Shown piece by piece: positions 51,385-61,018 of a stretch of DNA of 64,000 nt. Origin of the DNA: an uncultured virus (IMG/VR IMGVR_UViG_2049941000_000254) (Duplodnaviria > Heunggongvirae > Uroviricota > Caudoviricetes); the IMG/VR virus record IMGVR_UViG_2049941000_000254; one strand, written 5' to 3'. The notes below the pieces were generated by a model that saw only the letters and a list, made by a program, of their open reading frames with translations, ran no database searches and was not told the DNA's origin. How positions within the stretch are numbered: position 1 is the first letter of the stretch; each line of letters opens with the position of its first letter. Position numbers and translations under genes: made by a program.

Positions 51385-52023
51385 ATGAACGAACAGCAGA
51401 AAACACTTTTCAATGAATATCAGCGCGAAATCAAGCGTGAAATCGTGGACATGGAAAACTATGCCCTGGCTCTATCCCTTATCGAGTACAATCCCAAGGC
51501 CGATGGAACTGAGCGTGTCAATTTTGACGATAACTTCGCCATTCATGGACTCGGTGCAAAGGTGAAGTATGCTAGCGGCATCCTGCATCGCCGTGTCAAG
51601 GTGATTCCTGTCACCTATAACGGGTGGTTCGAAGGAAAGCAGCAGGAAAGGGTCACCTGTCTTGACATTACTGTCTTGCCTATTGACGATGAAGCTGAAA
51701 TGAATGCCGCGTCCCTGGAGCTTCCACTTCCTCTTATGAACGACTGGCGGTTCGCATTCAGCATCTATACGAAGCGTGAATCCATGCCGACTGACACCAA
51801 GCCGGAAGAATATGTCAAGGTCATCCACGAGGAAATCATCCCAGGTATCCGCGAGAAGATAAAGAAACTCTGGGGCGAACTTGGTACGCTTCCGAGCGTG
51901 TTCCAGAATGTTGTGAAGGCGGCAAATGCCTGCAACGAGGCCAATAAGGCCTGCGAGGATACGATACGCCTCAAGTATCTCGTCAGCAAGATGATTAAGG
52001 ACATTCCTAATCTGCACGACTAA
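51385..52023 (+). CDS. hypothetical protein
   Basis: Repeat, SD and ATG. Confidence 0.8.
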   Translation: MNEQQKTLFNEYQREIKREIVDMENYALALSLIEYNPKADGTERVNFDDNFAIHGLGAKVKYASGILHRRVKVIPVTYNGWFEGKQQERVTCLDITVLPIDDEAEMNAASLELPLPLMNDWRFAFSIYTKRESMPTDTKPEEYVKVIHEEIIPGIREKIKKLWGELGTLPSVFQNVVKAANACNEANKACEDTIRLKYLVSKMIKDIPNLHD

Positions 52024-52037
52024 AATTTGTTGTCTCC

Positions 52038-52186
52038 TGCCGGGCGTATGCAAGTGGGCACAAGCTATCGTCAGTATCTAACTGAATAAGTTAAAGAAGT
52101 TGAACTAGAGAGAACTAGGTAACTTGGAGAAAGGCGTGAGGGCGAGTTAAACATCGTCACGGAGGTTCGAATCCTCCCCCCGGCAA
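52038..52186 (+). ncRNA. tRNA-like RNA with about 90-nt insertion replacing the anticodon arm
   Basis: TGCCGGG/CCCGGCA acceptor, GCAAGTGGGCACAAGC D-arm-like segment, GGAGG-TTCGAAT-CCTCC T arm. Confidence 0.6.
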
Positions 52187-52214
52187 ATTTTATTTTTCAA
52201 TTTTTGGAGGAAAC

Positions 52215-52418
52215 ATGAGGAAAATTCTCTTGGGGTTCATTTTGGGAGTGGTCGTGTGCCTCTCCATGGGAGCCGAACTCTATCACCCGTTGAAGGGAAT
52301 CATTATCCGTACAGAAACAAGTTTCCGTTCGGACATCGCATCTGACTTCAAGGCCGTCATGATGAACCAGGAAGCAATCTACAACCTTGTCAATGCGAAA
52401 TGCGGAGACAAAAACTAA
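52215..52418 (+). CDS. small secreted/membrane protein
   Basis: GGAGG SD; hydrophobic N-terminus. Confidence 0.7.
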   Translation: MRKILLGFILGVVVCLSMGAELYHPLKGIIIRTETSFRSDIASDFKAVMMNQEAIYNLVNAKCGDKN

Positions 52419-52431
52419 CATGGAGGGCGAT

Positions 52432-52623
52432 ATGCCGACTAACATGAACGAAATCAAGGACTACACCGAAAATGCAAACAAGTTCATCGAGGAACTGATG
52501 AAGGAAGGATATGCCAAGTCGGATATCTTCACCAAGTTCGTCACGGGAGGTAAGCAGGTCGTGTACCCGGTCATAGGCGACGACGGCAGACCGCACCTGG
52601 AAAAGAAAACGTTCAAGTCGTAG
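52432..52623 (+). CDS. small hypothetical protein
   Basis: GGAGG SD (MPTNMN...). Confidence 0.65.
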   Translation: MPTNMNEIKDYTENANKFIEELMKEGYAKSDIFTKFVTGGKQVVYPVIGDDGRPHLEKKTFKS

Positions 52624-52702
52624 CCAACCGTGTCCCAGTTGTTCCCCGATCGTGGGCACCCGGTGACACATCGTAACGGCATAACAACAAAGGAGACACA
52701 CC

Positions 52703-53137
52703 ATGAGCGAGAATATCATCAACAACGAAAAGAAGATGCCCGAAGGGTACTTCAAGCCGGAACATATCCCGACCACCATCGAGGACATCCAGGTGGGCGA
52801 TGTGTTCCACAGTCACTGCAACGCTACGATGGCATGCAACTATTATTACAAGGTCATCAAGCGCACCGCCAAGTTCGTCACCCTGCGTGAATTGCGCGAT
52901 GTCGAGCAGGATACTGGTTTTCTCCATGGTGTCCAGTATCCCCTGGACGAGTTCAAGGACCACTCCTGCGTCTATGACGGTCGCCGCAAGGAATACCCGG
53001 ATGGCAAGGTCTACTCCGAGGTGACCCGCAGGCTCCCGGACAAGCTAGAAAACGGGCGCATCTGGATTAAGATTTCCGAGTGGGAATATGCAAGACCGTG
53101 GGACGGGAAGCTCAACAGTTTCGACCACGCAGACTAG
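52703..53137 (+). CDS. phage hypothetical protein (VGDVF...YYKVIKRTAKFVTLRE...WDGK)
   Basis: Repeat, SD and ATG. Confidence 0.8.
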   Translation: MSENIINNEKKMPEGYFKPEHIPTTIEDIQVGDVFHSHCNATMACNYYYKVIKRTAKFVTLRELRDVEQDTGFLHGVQYPLDEFKDHSCVYDGRRKEYPDGKVYSEVTRRLPDKLENGRIWIKISEWEYARPWDGKLNSFDHAD

Positions 53138-53573
53138 GGGGAGTCATGACAGATGTCATCATCAAGAACCTTTTCCGCGAGTCCACTCTCGCGTATTTCA
53201 ACCGCAGAGTTCCCGGCGTCATGGTACCGGGCCATGGACCGGAAGCCCTCGCCAAGTGCAAGGATTATCTTAAGGAACATGAGGCCGACTGGNNNNNNNN
53301 NNNNNNNNNNNNNNNNNNNNNNNNNNNNNNNNNNNNNNNNNNNNNNNNNNNNNNNNNNNNNNNNNNNNNNNNNNNNNNNNNNNNNNNNNNNNNNNNNNNN
53401 NNNNNNNNNNNNNNNNNNNNNNNNNNNNNNNNNNNNNNNNNNNNNNNNNNNNNNNNNNNNNNNNNNNNNAGGAGGCCGAAACGAAATAAGAACCAACCGT
53501 GTTCATGGAACCACCGGATCGAAGGCACCCGGTGGTTTATCGTATGTGCATCCACTTAACAAAGGAGACAAAC

Positions 53574-53888
53574 ATGCAAGTACCGTTTAAGGACAAGAAG
53601 AAATACCTCAAAGACGAACTCAAAAAACTCGAAGGATTCGAAATGGGGTGGGTCATGAAGGAATATGATGACGAGGAGCACGGAAACTCCGTATCTCTCT
53701 ATGGCCTGGACAAGGGTCAGGCGTTTGGTATCGACAGCAAAGGTACACGCGCCACCGTGGCATTACAGTCCTGCTATGTCGTTGAATACATGTTCAACGA
53801 GACGGGCAATACCGTTGTGTTCACCGATGATGACCTGGAAGGTGCCATCGACTACACCCTCAAACTTATCGCCCTCGCGAAGGCATAG
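53574..53888 (+). CDS. hypothetical protein
   Basis: Repeat, SD and ATG. Confidence 0.8.
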   Translation: MQVPFKDKKKYLKDELKKLEGFEMGWVMKEYDDEEHGNSVSLYGLDKGQAFGIDSKGTRATVALQSCYVVEYMFNETGNTVVFTDDDLEGAIDYTLKLIALAKA

Positions 53889-53897
53889 GAGGCTGCC

Positions 53898-54122
53898 ATG
53901 TGGGTATTAGTCTTGTTTACAATCATGGGGGTCAATGGAAATGTTAGGCCGGACTCCCCCGTGACCTCGACCGTCATTCATTATTTCAAGTCCGAAAAGT
54001 CTTGCATCGAAGCGGGACATTCGTTCGTGGCACAAAACCGCGTGAAGGATTTCCGGGCAGAGGGCAATTTGTGGCAGGTCGATTTGGGACACCGTTTCCA
54101 TTGTGTCGAAATCGGTAAATAG
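53898..54122 (+). CDS. small phage-type protein (MWVLVL...FKSEKSC)
   Basis: GGAGG SD. Confidence 0.7.
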   Translation: MWVLVLFTIMGVNGNVRPDSPVTSTVIHYFKSEKSCIEAGHSFVAQNRVKDFRAEGNLWQVDLGHRFHCVEIGK

Positions 54123-54205
54123 ATCCAACCGTGTTCCCCCGGTGCCCCGATCGGTGGCACCCGATGGAACATCGTATGGGCATCACTCAAACAAAGGAGA
54201 CAACC

Positions 54206-54592
54206 ATGTCAATCAAGAACAACAAAGTTTACATCGCCGCGGGCATGTACTGCGGTACTGACGGTTCCGACCTTTTGGTCCCGGAAGTCTACGAAAGCCG
54301 CGAGGATGCTCGCAAGGCCATCATCGAGGCAATTCTCGGCGCGGCAGCAGGCGCGGAACTCATTGACGAGGAAAGGAACCTTATCAAGGACGAGTTCGGA
54401 AACGGTGACCGCGTGGTGGTCACGGTTCAAGGGATGGTCGATGGTAAGAATGTCATTGACGATTCCCTCACCTCGCTCACCGATGAAGAAATTGACAGGG
54501 TTGTCCCTGCCGATGTAAGGTGTATCACCATCAAAGACAATTCCTATGATGAATACTGGACATGGGAAATCCATGAAAAGGTCATCGGGTAA
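54206..54592 (+). CDS. acidic hypothetical protein
   Basis: Repeat, SD and ATG. Confidence 0.8.
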   Translation: MSIKNNKVYIAAGMYCGTDGSDLLVPEVYESREDARKAIIEAILGAAAGAELIDEERNLIKDEFGNGDRVVVTVQGMVDGKNVIDDSLTSLTDEEIDRVVPADVRCITIKDNSYDEYWTWEIHEKVIG

Positions 54593-54605
54593 CGGAGGCA
54601 AACAA

Positions 54606-54992
54606 ATGTACTACACCGGAATGATTCCGAAATGCTTCATCGTCGAGGAAACCGTAACCAAGAACAACCTGGTTGCAGGAAAGTTTCTCACCGTGTTTCG
54701 ATTCGACCAGGCGCACTGGATGCGCAAGTTCATTGAGGACAGGATGGCGAAAGCCTTTGCACAGTTCGGCGATAACTACAACCTGGAAACGGGGCGTTTT
54801 GAGAACGGAGCGAAGGTCACCATCATCTACTCTCCGAAAGATACTTCATGCATTGCCGATACCATCGAATCGTATTCCCCATGTTCCCTCCCGGAGACCG
54901 TAGCACATGTCAAGGTGGAAGACAGCCTGGGCACCGAATGGGACTGGCAAATCTACTGGCAGGACGAGGACGTTCCTGAAGCAAACGGATAA
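54606..54992 (+). CDS. hypothetical protein
   Basis: GGAGG SD. Confidence 0.75.
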   Translation: MYYTGMIPKCFIVEETVTKNNLVAGKFLTVFRFDQAHWMRKFIEDRMAKAFAQFGDNYNLETGRFENGAKVTIIYSPKDTSCIADTIESYSPCSLPETVAHVKVEDSLGTEWDWQIYWQDEDVPEANG

Positions 54993-55090
54993 TGCGGCCT
55001 TACCCATAGGCCAACCGTGTTCCAGGTGTGCCCAGAACGAGGGCACCCGGTGGAACATCGTATGGGCAACAAACAACAAAGGAGACACCT

Positions 55091-55408
55091 ATGAAGAACT
55101 ACAAGATGCTCAAGCCGGGAAAGACCGTGTGCATTTCCCTTGAAGAACTTTTCAACACCATCCACAACGGCGATGTACACACTACCGACTGCGGCCATGA
55201 GATTGTCCGCACCGTGGAAGATGATGGTTCCGCATATTTTGACCTTGACAACAGTGCTACCGATTACGCCTGCTGCGATGGTGAAGAATGCGAAGTGAAG
55301 TCAGTGGACGGTTCCGTGGTCACCTTCATCAACAAGAACCAGGAAGAACCGCAGGAGTTCAAGCTCACCATCCGCGAATGTGAAACCGCCATTTTTGGCT
55401 TGAAGTAA
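55091..55408 (+). CDS. hypothetical protein
   Basis: Repeat, SD and ATG. Confidence 0.8.
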   Translation: MKNYKMLKPGKTVCISLEELFNTIHNGDVHTTDCGHEIVRTVEDDGSAYFDLDNSATDYACCDGEECEVKSVDGSVVTFINKNQEEPQEFKLTIRECETAIFGLK

Positions 55409-55418
55409 GGAGGAAACC

Positions 55419-55936
55419 ATGGGAACACGCTCTACAATCGGATTCCGTTCCGGTAATGAAGTCCGCTATATCTATGTGGATTGTGACGGTTTCAATCACG
55501 GCGCAACGCTTGAAAAGATTGGCCATTACTCATGCCTAAAACTCTGGGAACAAATCGGGGAAGCCGAGAAAAACGGGCAGAAGGTATGGTTGGACCACCT
55601 CTACACCGATGATGTGCTTCCTATTGACTGGGCTCCCGTTCAGCCGAATGCGCGTACCCCGATTGTCGCGACCGAAAAGAACTGGNNNNNNNNNNCAAGG
55701 CATATCTTGAAACCCAGGCTTTCCAGTTGAGCGGCATCATCAAGGTGGAAACGAATTGGAAAGTCAGCCCGTTCGACCTGATGCACCTCATTGATATGGA
55801 AGGTACCGTGTGGCTCTATGACCTGGACAACGGCAAGGTGTTCTTCATGGGTGACCCGGAAGCCACCGAAGACCTGGTGTACAACCACAAACCCGCAAGT
55901 TCCACCGGAATCGTAAAGAAGCAGATCGAGTTTTAG
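55419..55936 (+). CDS. phage hypothetical protein (MGTRSTIG...IYVDCDG), frame broken by gap
   Basis: GGAGG SD; MxTRSxIG N-terminus typical of a phage family. Confidence 0.65.
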
Positions 55937-56016
55937 CCAACCGTGTGCCATGGGTCCCCCGATCGAGGAGACCCGATGGCACATCGTATGGACATCAAGC
56001 AACAAGGAGACATATC

Positions 56017-56296
56017 ATGGCAAATACCGTTATTCGTAGGGAACTCTCGCGAACCGACCGCGAACAATTCTATGTGATGGTCAGGGCATATTTCCCCAAT
56101 GCCGTTATCATCCCGGAAACCGAATACGATAGCATGATGTGGCTGTTAGGGTGTGACCGCATGGACAAGAAAGCCGCGATGATTATGAGCACCAGTAAGG
56201 GCGTGTACCTCTATGTTGGTATTGAGAATGTAGTAACGGGCAGGTTTCATCGTCTTTGCAAGACGAAAGACCCCATACGTTTTATGTCCAAATTGA
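56017..56296 (+). CDS. hypothetical protein, 3' end in gap
   Basis: Repeat, SD and ATG. Confidence 0.7.
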
Positions 56297-56441
56297 NNNN
56301 NNNNNNNNNNNNNNNNNNNNNNNNNNNNNNNNNNNNNNNNNNNNNNNNNNNNNNNNNNNNNNNNNNNNNNNNNNNNNNNNNNNNNNNNNNNNNNNNNNNN
56401 NNNNNNNNNNNNNNNTTTCGAACTTAAAGTAAGGAGACACC

Positions 56442-56930
56442 ATGCAGAAACTTATTTTCTTTTATACATACATGGTAGCCCGCTATGCCAGTCCGTTCAA
56501 GGGTAGAAAACCTGTGGATGTGCTCGGCTACGGGAAGACGGTAAAGCCGCGCACGGTCGATCCCAAGACCATACCGGACATGCTTTTCGGCATTGGCAAC
56601 AGAATGATGGAGCCGATGTCTAATGAATGGATTGTCGATGAACTCAACATGCCTAGCATTAGACAGCCCGAAGTCACCCGCCTTATCCATGAAACTGTGG
56701 ACGAAAGCCGGATGATTGACTGGGTTTCCGAAGAAGACGATGGAAGCTGCGAAGACGGTTTCCCGATGCGTAAGTTCGTGGACGCATACTTTTTCTCGAA
56801 GGACGATTGCGACCGCGTGGTGAGCATCCTCAACCAAAAGTTTACCGCCATGGCGAAACGCCTGGCCAAGCGCGAGAACAAGACCCTGGCCCAGGTCGCC
56901 AAGGAACACGGGGCTGAAATCGAAGACTAA
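56442..56930 (+). CDS. hypothetical protein
   Basis: AAGGAG SD. Confidence 0.8.
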   Translation: MQKLIFFYTYMVARYASPFKGRKPVDVLGYGKTVKPRTVDPKTIPDMLFGIGNRMMEPMSNEWIVDELNMPSIRQPEVTRLIHETVDESRMIDWVSEEDDGSCEDGFPMRKFVDAYFFSKDDCDRVVSILNQKFTAMAKRLAKRENKTLAQVAKEHGAEIED

Positions 56931-57019
56931 TGTCAACCGTGTGCCATATGTGCCCCGANNNNNNNNNNCGGGGGCACCCGATGGCACATCGTATGGGCAT
57001 GACAAACAAGGAGACCAAC

Positions 57020-57262
57020 ATGCCTGAAACAAAGGAAACAATACCACAGTGCATCACGCTTGAAGGCGTGAAAGTTCGTCATGTCGAAATTCATGATGGC
57101 CAGTTCGACAGTCACTATGAAGACCTGGTTAGCCTGAAGGATGTCAAGAACCTCGTTGAGCAGGCGAATCGTCTCATCTGTCTTAGCGAAGGCAAGGCAT
57201 CTGGCCTACAATATGCGCTGAACGCGCTTCTTGAAAAGACACCCAAGTACAAGAAAGGTTAA
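57020..57262 (+). CDS. small hypothetical protein
   Basis: Repeat, SD and ATG. Confidence 0.75.
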   Translation: MPETKETIPQCITLEGVKVRHVEIHDGQFDSHYEDLVSLKDVKNLVEQANRLICLSEGKASGLQYALNALLEKTPKYKKG

Positions 57263-57275
57263 AAGGAGACACACC

Positions 57276-58088
57276 ATGAAACATTCAAGGACAATTATCA
57301 CATTCCCGTACGACATGGCATGCGACATCAAGTACCTTCCTACCAAGCGTCACAAGAAGCCTCATACTATCCGTGGTAGCCACCGCGTATGCGGCGAGGT
57401 CCCGGTCGTCGAGGAAAAGGACTTCCCGGTCGCATTCAAGGTAAAGAAGTATCATACCGTCTGTCCGTCCGCAAAGACGCATAGCGACCTTTCGAAAGGT
57501 CTCCCTACCAAATCCGGGTACATGCCCATCCCGGTACGCGCATATAAGGGAAAGTTCTACCGCCCGTACCAGTATGGCTTCGGTGCGGTCAAGACTACCT
57601 GTGGTGTCAAAAGCGTGGAGGGTCTCCGATATGAAATCGAACGCATGTTCCGCGAATATGGCATCGAAATGACCCCGTCGGAAACTGGCAATTTCCTTGC
57701 CGATGCCATCATGCTCGAAGAAGATATCCGTTCACTCTCCGCGGCCCAGAAGGCTGACGGCAAGAGGTTGCGGGAATTTTGCTCGTCGTTCGTGAGTTTC
57801 AAGGGCAAGCTCTGGACAGAATGCGGGGAACCGTTCTATCACTACATGGTGTTCGGGATGGGTAACGGCAACGGCGATACTGCATTCTTCGTGGACTTCG
57901 AGAACGAGTGGCTCGACTGGCACCGCGGGGAAATGGTGTACAACGCCTTCCACCGCGAACAGTGCCTGGATGCAGCCCGTAAGCGTGCAACCATGCGCCA
58001 CGACAGTATGGAATTGCTAAACAACCCGAAAGAAGATATCAAAATTCTTCTCCCGGAGCTTGTGAAAATCAAGGAAAATATTTTTTAA
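57276..58088 (+). CDS. hypothetical protein (YLPTKRH...FPVAF...GEPxY...FG)
   Basis: AAGGAG SD; 270 aa. Confidence 0.8.
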   Translation: MKHSRTIITFPYDMACDIKYLPTKRHKKPHTIRGSHRVCGEVPVVEEKDFPVAFKVKKYHTVCPSAKTHSDLSKGLPTKSGYMPIPVRAYKGKFYRPYQYGFGAVKTTCGVKSVEGLRYEIERMFREYGIEMTPSETGNFLADAIMLEEDIRSLSAAQKADGKRLREFCSSFVSFKGKLWTECGEPFYHYMVFGMGNGNGDTAFFVDFENEWLDWHRGEMVYNAFHREQCLDAARKRATMRHDSMELLNNPKEDIKILLPELVKIKENIF

Positions 58089-58326
58089 TTCGTGATTTAG
58101 TAAATCGTGATTTAGTAAATTTGTCTCCTACCGTGTCCCGGCAGTCCCCCGGAACGGGGGACCCGGAGACATATCGTCTAGGCATCTTAATCAAAAGGAG
58201 ATAACATNNNNNNNNNNGACGCATCGTACACGCATGAAACCCGGTCGGGTGCCCCGTGGCAAATTGGTCAAATCCAATCCCACACATCGCCCTCGGCACC
58301 CGGCCACATCTTTAAGGAGACAAGTC

Positions 58327-58820
58327 ATGAAACGACTGAACAAAATCCTCGCTGCCGCCCAGAAGTTCGCGTCCAAGGATTACACCTACCGCAACCTCAA
58401 CGCCATCAAATTCGACCTTAACCGCCAGACCATCGAGGTGACTGACGGTCATGCAGGTATCGTTATCAAGGGAAGCAAGGGTTTCGTTGCCGGAATGGCT
58501 AACGACTATGCGGAATATCTCGGCCTTGAACCGGTCGGGGGTGATTTCGACATCGTAAAACTCGCCCCGAAGAACGGAAAGCGTTATCCCAAGGCCGAAA
58601 GGCTTAGCGATGACGAGGAACAGCGTGGCGACCTGTTCCGAGTTCTCCGCTTTGGCGACCATGACCCGGAATTTTGCAAGAAATCCGTCATTTTCAAGGA
58701 CCAGTTGCCGCGTCTCAACCAGTTCTGCAAGGCTGTACGTGCCAAGCTGCACTTGATTCCGGGAACAAGCCCGGTGTCTGCCATGATGCAGTACGGCAAG
58801 GGCCAGTTCAACGGTATGGA
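58327..58820 (+). CDS. hypothetical protein with beta-clamp-like fragment (ASKD...LNAI...TDGH)
   Basis: AAGGAG SD; motif resembles a DnaN central domain; 3' end in gap. Confidence 0.6.
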
Positions 58821-58831
58821 NNNNNNNNNNC

Positions 58832-59125
58832 ATGCAGGATAGCAAAACCAATAAATATGAGGAAAACTTCCGCATTCTACTCGCCATATTGCTCTCCGCA
58901 GCAATCGGGTTTGCCTACCTGGCCGCACAGCAGGCTGCCGATAAACTCAACGCGAAAGATATCGACATCGGCCACCTGTTCGGCAGGGCGTCCCGTGAAT
59001 TTGAGCACAAGCTACACGAAATCCTTAAAATGGACGGAATGACGGCTGCACAGAAGTGTGCCATCGAAGCGGCGAATGCGAATGTCCATGCAATCACCAA
59101 ACTCATGAACAACGAGCATTTCTAA
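58832..59125 (+). CDS. small membrane-anchored protein
   Basis: Single hydrophobic segment. Confidence 0.55.
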   Translation: MQDSKTNKYEENFRILLAILLSAAIGFAYLAAQQAADKLNAKDIDIGHLFGRASREFEHKLHEILKMDGMTAAQKCAIEAANANVHAITKLMNNEHF

Positions 59126-59129
59126 CAGG

Positions 59130-59158
59130 TTGCCACAACTCCAGGGAAATGCTATATT
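59130..59158 (+). promoter_or_regulatory. promoter TTGCCA-17-TATATT for tRNA-Arg
   Basis: Read directly; similar promoters at 59346-59374 and 59440-59468. Confidence 0.65.
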
Positions 59159-59173
59159 TGCCCCTGGAACTAC

Positions 59174-59248
59174 TGCCCCGTAGCTCAATGGAATTAGAGT
59201 GTCTCCGTCCGAAGGAGAAGGTTGCGCGTTCGAGTCGCGTCGGGGCAA
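59174..59248 (+). tRNA. tRNA-Arg (anticodon CCG)
   Basis: TGCCCCG/CGGGGCA acceptor, TAGCTCAATGGAATTAGAGT D arm, TCTCC-GTCCGAA-GGAGA anticodon arm, GCGCG-TTCGAGT-CGCGT T arm; no encoded CCA. Confidence 0.9.
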
Positions 59249-59501
59249 CTAATGGGACATGGGCCTACAGATGCATTGTTTGGCACACAATGACCATGAA
59301 CATGGAAATTGCAACAAACACCTAAACATCCATCAACTCAAACATTTGCATCCAGGCCTGTGTCCTACTATATTGCTAACAACCCATGAAAAATACGTGA
59401 TGCTTGTTGCTTATACCTAGCGAGTGATTATGGAACAGGTTGCCGTTTGAATACCTGTTTGCTATATTTGGAATATAAACTGGTGTATAAGGAGATATAT
59501 T

Positions 59502-60326
59502 ATGAGTGACTATGAACAGAAAGTACAGACTGCTATGGTAGAGGCAGCGGCAAATGCCGCCGATGCGCTCGGTATCATGGAGGCAAACGAAGCCAAGAAG
59601 ATGCTCCATGGCATCGGGCCAGGTAAGTCGAGATTTCCCTCATATGCCATTTTGACTGCCGAAAACCCAGATTGCAAGCAGCTTTCTCCAATGGAAAATA
59701 ACAAGCGCATGGAGGAACTTACCTCTACGCTATCTTCCGGCAAGTATCCTTTCCGTAAGGTTAAAGGTTTCTATGGTGTCACTGACGGCGCACACCCCGA
59801 ACATTCCGTGGTAATCGGTGGCATCACGCTTGACACGGCGAAGAACATGTCCAAATTCTGGGGACAGCAGTCGTTCATCTTCATCACCCGTGATGCAGGT
59901 AACAAGGTCTCCTATGAAATGTGGGCCAAGGGTCCCGCAGGTGAATATGAGAAAGTGGACGAGAAGGACAAGATCAATTTCGTGCCTTCCGACCAGGACT
60001 TCTACTCCCGCGCAGGTGACTTCAAGGGAAGTATCCCGTTCGAGCACTTCACGCCGGGTACATCCCCAATGGTTGGCGATGTCGAACATGACGGCAGCGC
60101 ACTCGGCCAGGCCTATGACACCGCGTTGAAAATGGATACTGATGTCAACGATGCAATCAACTATCTCGACTCCTTCCTGGAAAGTGTAGTAGTTGGCAAG
60201 GGACAGTACGGAAAACTGTTCGAAGGTCTCAATGGCGGTCCTAAGATTGCCCGGTACTATTGGCAGTGCCGTTGCGAAGGCATGACAGGGGCCAAGTATG
60301 GAGAAGATGGTGTCCTACTGGGATAA
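59502..60326 (+). CDS. DUF3293-like phage protein
   Basis: AILTAENP...ENNKR...L...GFYG...EHS...QQSFIF pattern. Confidence 0.7.
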   Translation: MSDYEQKVQTAMVEAAANAADALGIMEANEAKKMLHGIGPGKSRFPSYAILTAENPDCKQLSPMENNKRMEELTSTLSSGKYPFRKVKGFYGVTDGAHPEHSVVIGGITLDTAKNMSKFWGQQSFIFITRDAGNKVSYEMWAKGPAGEYEKVDEKDKINFVPSDQDFYSRAGDFKGSIPFEHFTPGTSPMVGDVEHDGSALGQAYDTALKMDTDVNDAINYLDSFLESVVVGKGQYGKLFEGLNGGPKIARYYWQCRCEGMTGAKYGEDGVLLG

Positions 60327-60532
60327 TTTCCCGGTTTAACGAGAATTGTACCTAACAATTATCCAACTAAATTGCAAGAAACCAAAGGCGCGGTGGAAGT
60401 TCCCTGCGTCTTTTCGTATGACTACCGTGTTCCACATGTCCCACGATCCCGGGGACCTGGTGGAACATCGTATGGGCACATCAATCAAGAGGAACAACAC
60501 CTCGCAAACCAACAATTAACAAGGAGAAAACC

Positions 60533-61018
60533 ATGAAACAGATAATGTTCTTTATGTTTGCGCTGATTTTATGCTTATGCGCATGCGAAGAAGTCGCCCC
60601 GTCCTACGTGGACGACGTACAAGGCAGCTCCATGTACGACGTACCAGGTAGCTCCGTGTACGGCGCACAAGGCCGTTCATGCTCAGCCGAGCAGCCAACC
60701 AGTTCGTCATCGTATCAGAGTACCCGTCCGAATCCCGGTCATGTATTCAGGGAAGCTGATGAACCGGACCCATTCGAGGAAACAATCCGGCTGCAGTGCC
60801 GGAAAGTTGTAAAGGAGGTCACCGAAAAACTAGGCGGAATTATCACTTATGACAATGGACAATATTACATGATAATGCACGATAACATCGACATCAAGTC
60901 CGACAAATACAAGCAGATGTGTAATGATGTTCGTGAGTATCTTACTAATGTACTTGGCTTTGTAGATAAAGTGGCATCATTTTGTATGGGCCACTCGAAC
61001 ATGTTTTGCTCGGAATAG
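60533..61018 (+). CDS. putative lipoprotein
   Basis: Repeat and SD; ...LILCLCAC lipobox. Confidence 0.75.
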   Translation: MKQIMFFMFALILCLCACEEVAPSYVDDVQGSSMYDVPGSSVYGAQGRSCSAEQPTSSSSYQSTRPNPGHVFREADEPDPFEETIRLQCRKVVKEVTEKLGGIITYDNGQYYMIMHDNIDIKSDKYKQMCNDVREYLTNVLGFVDKVASFCMGHSNMFCSE

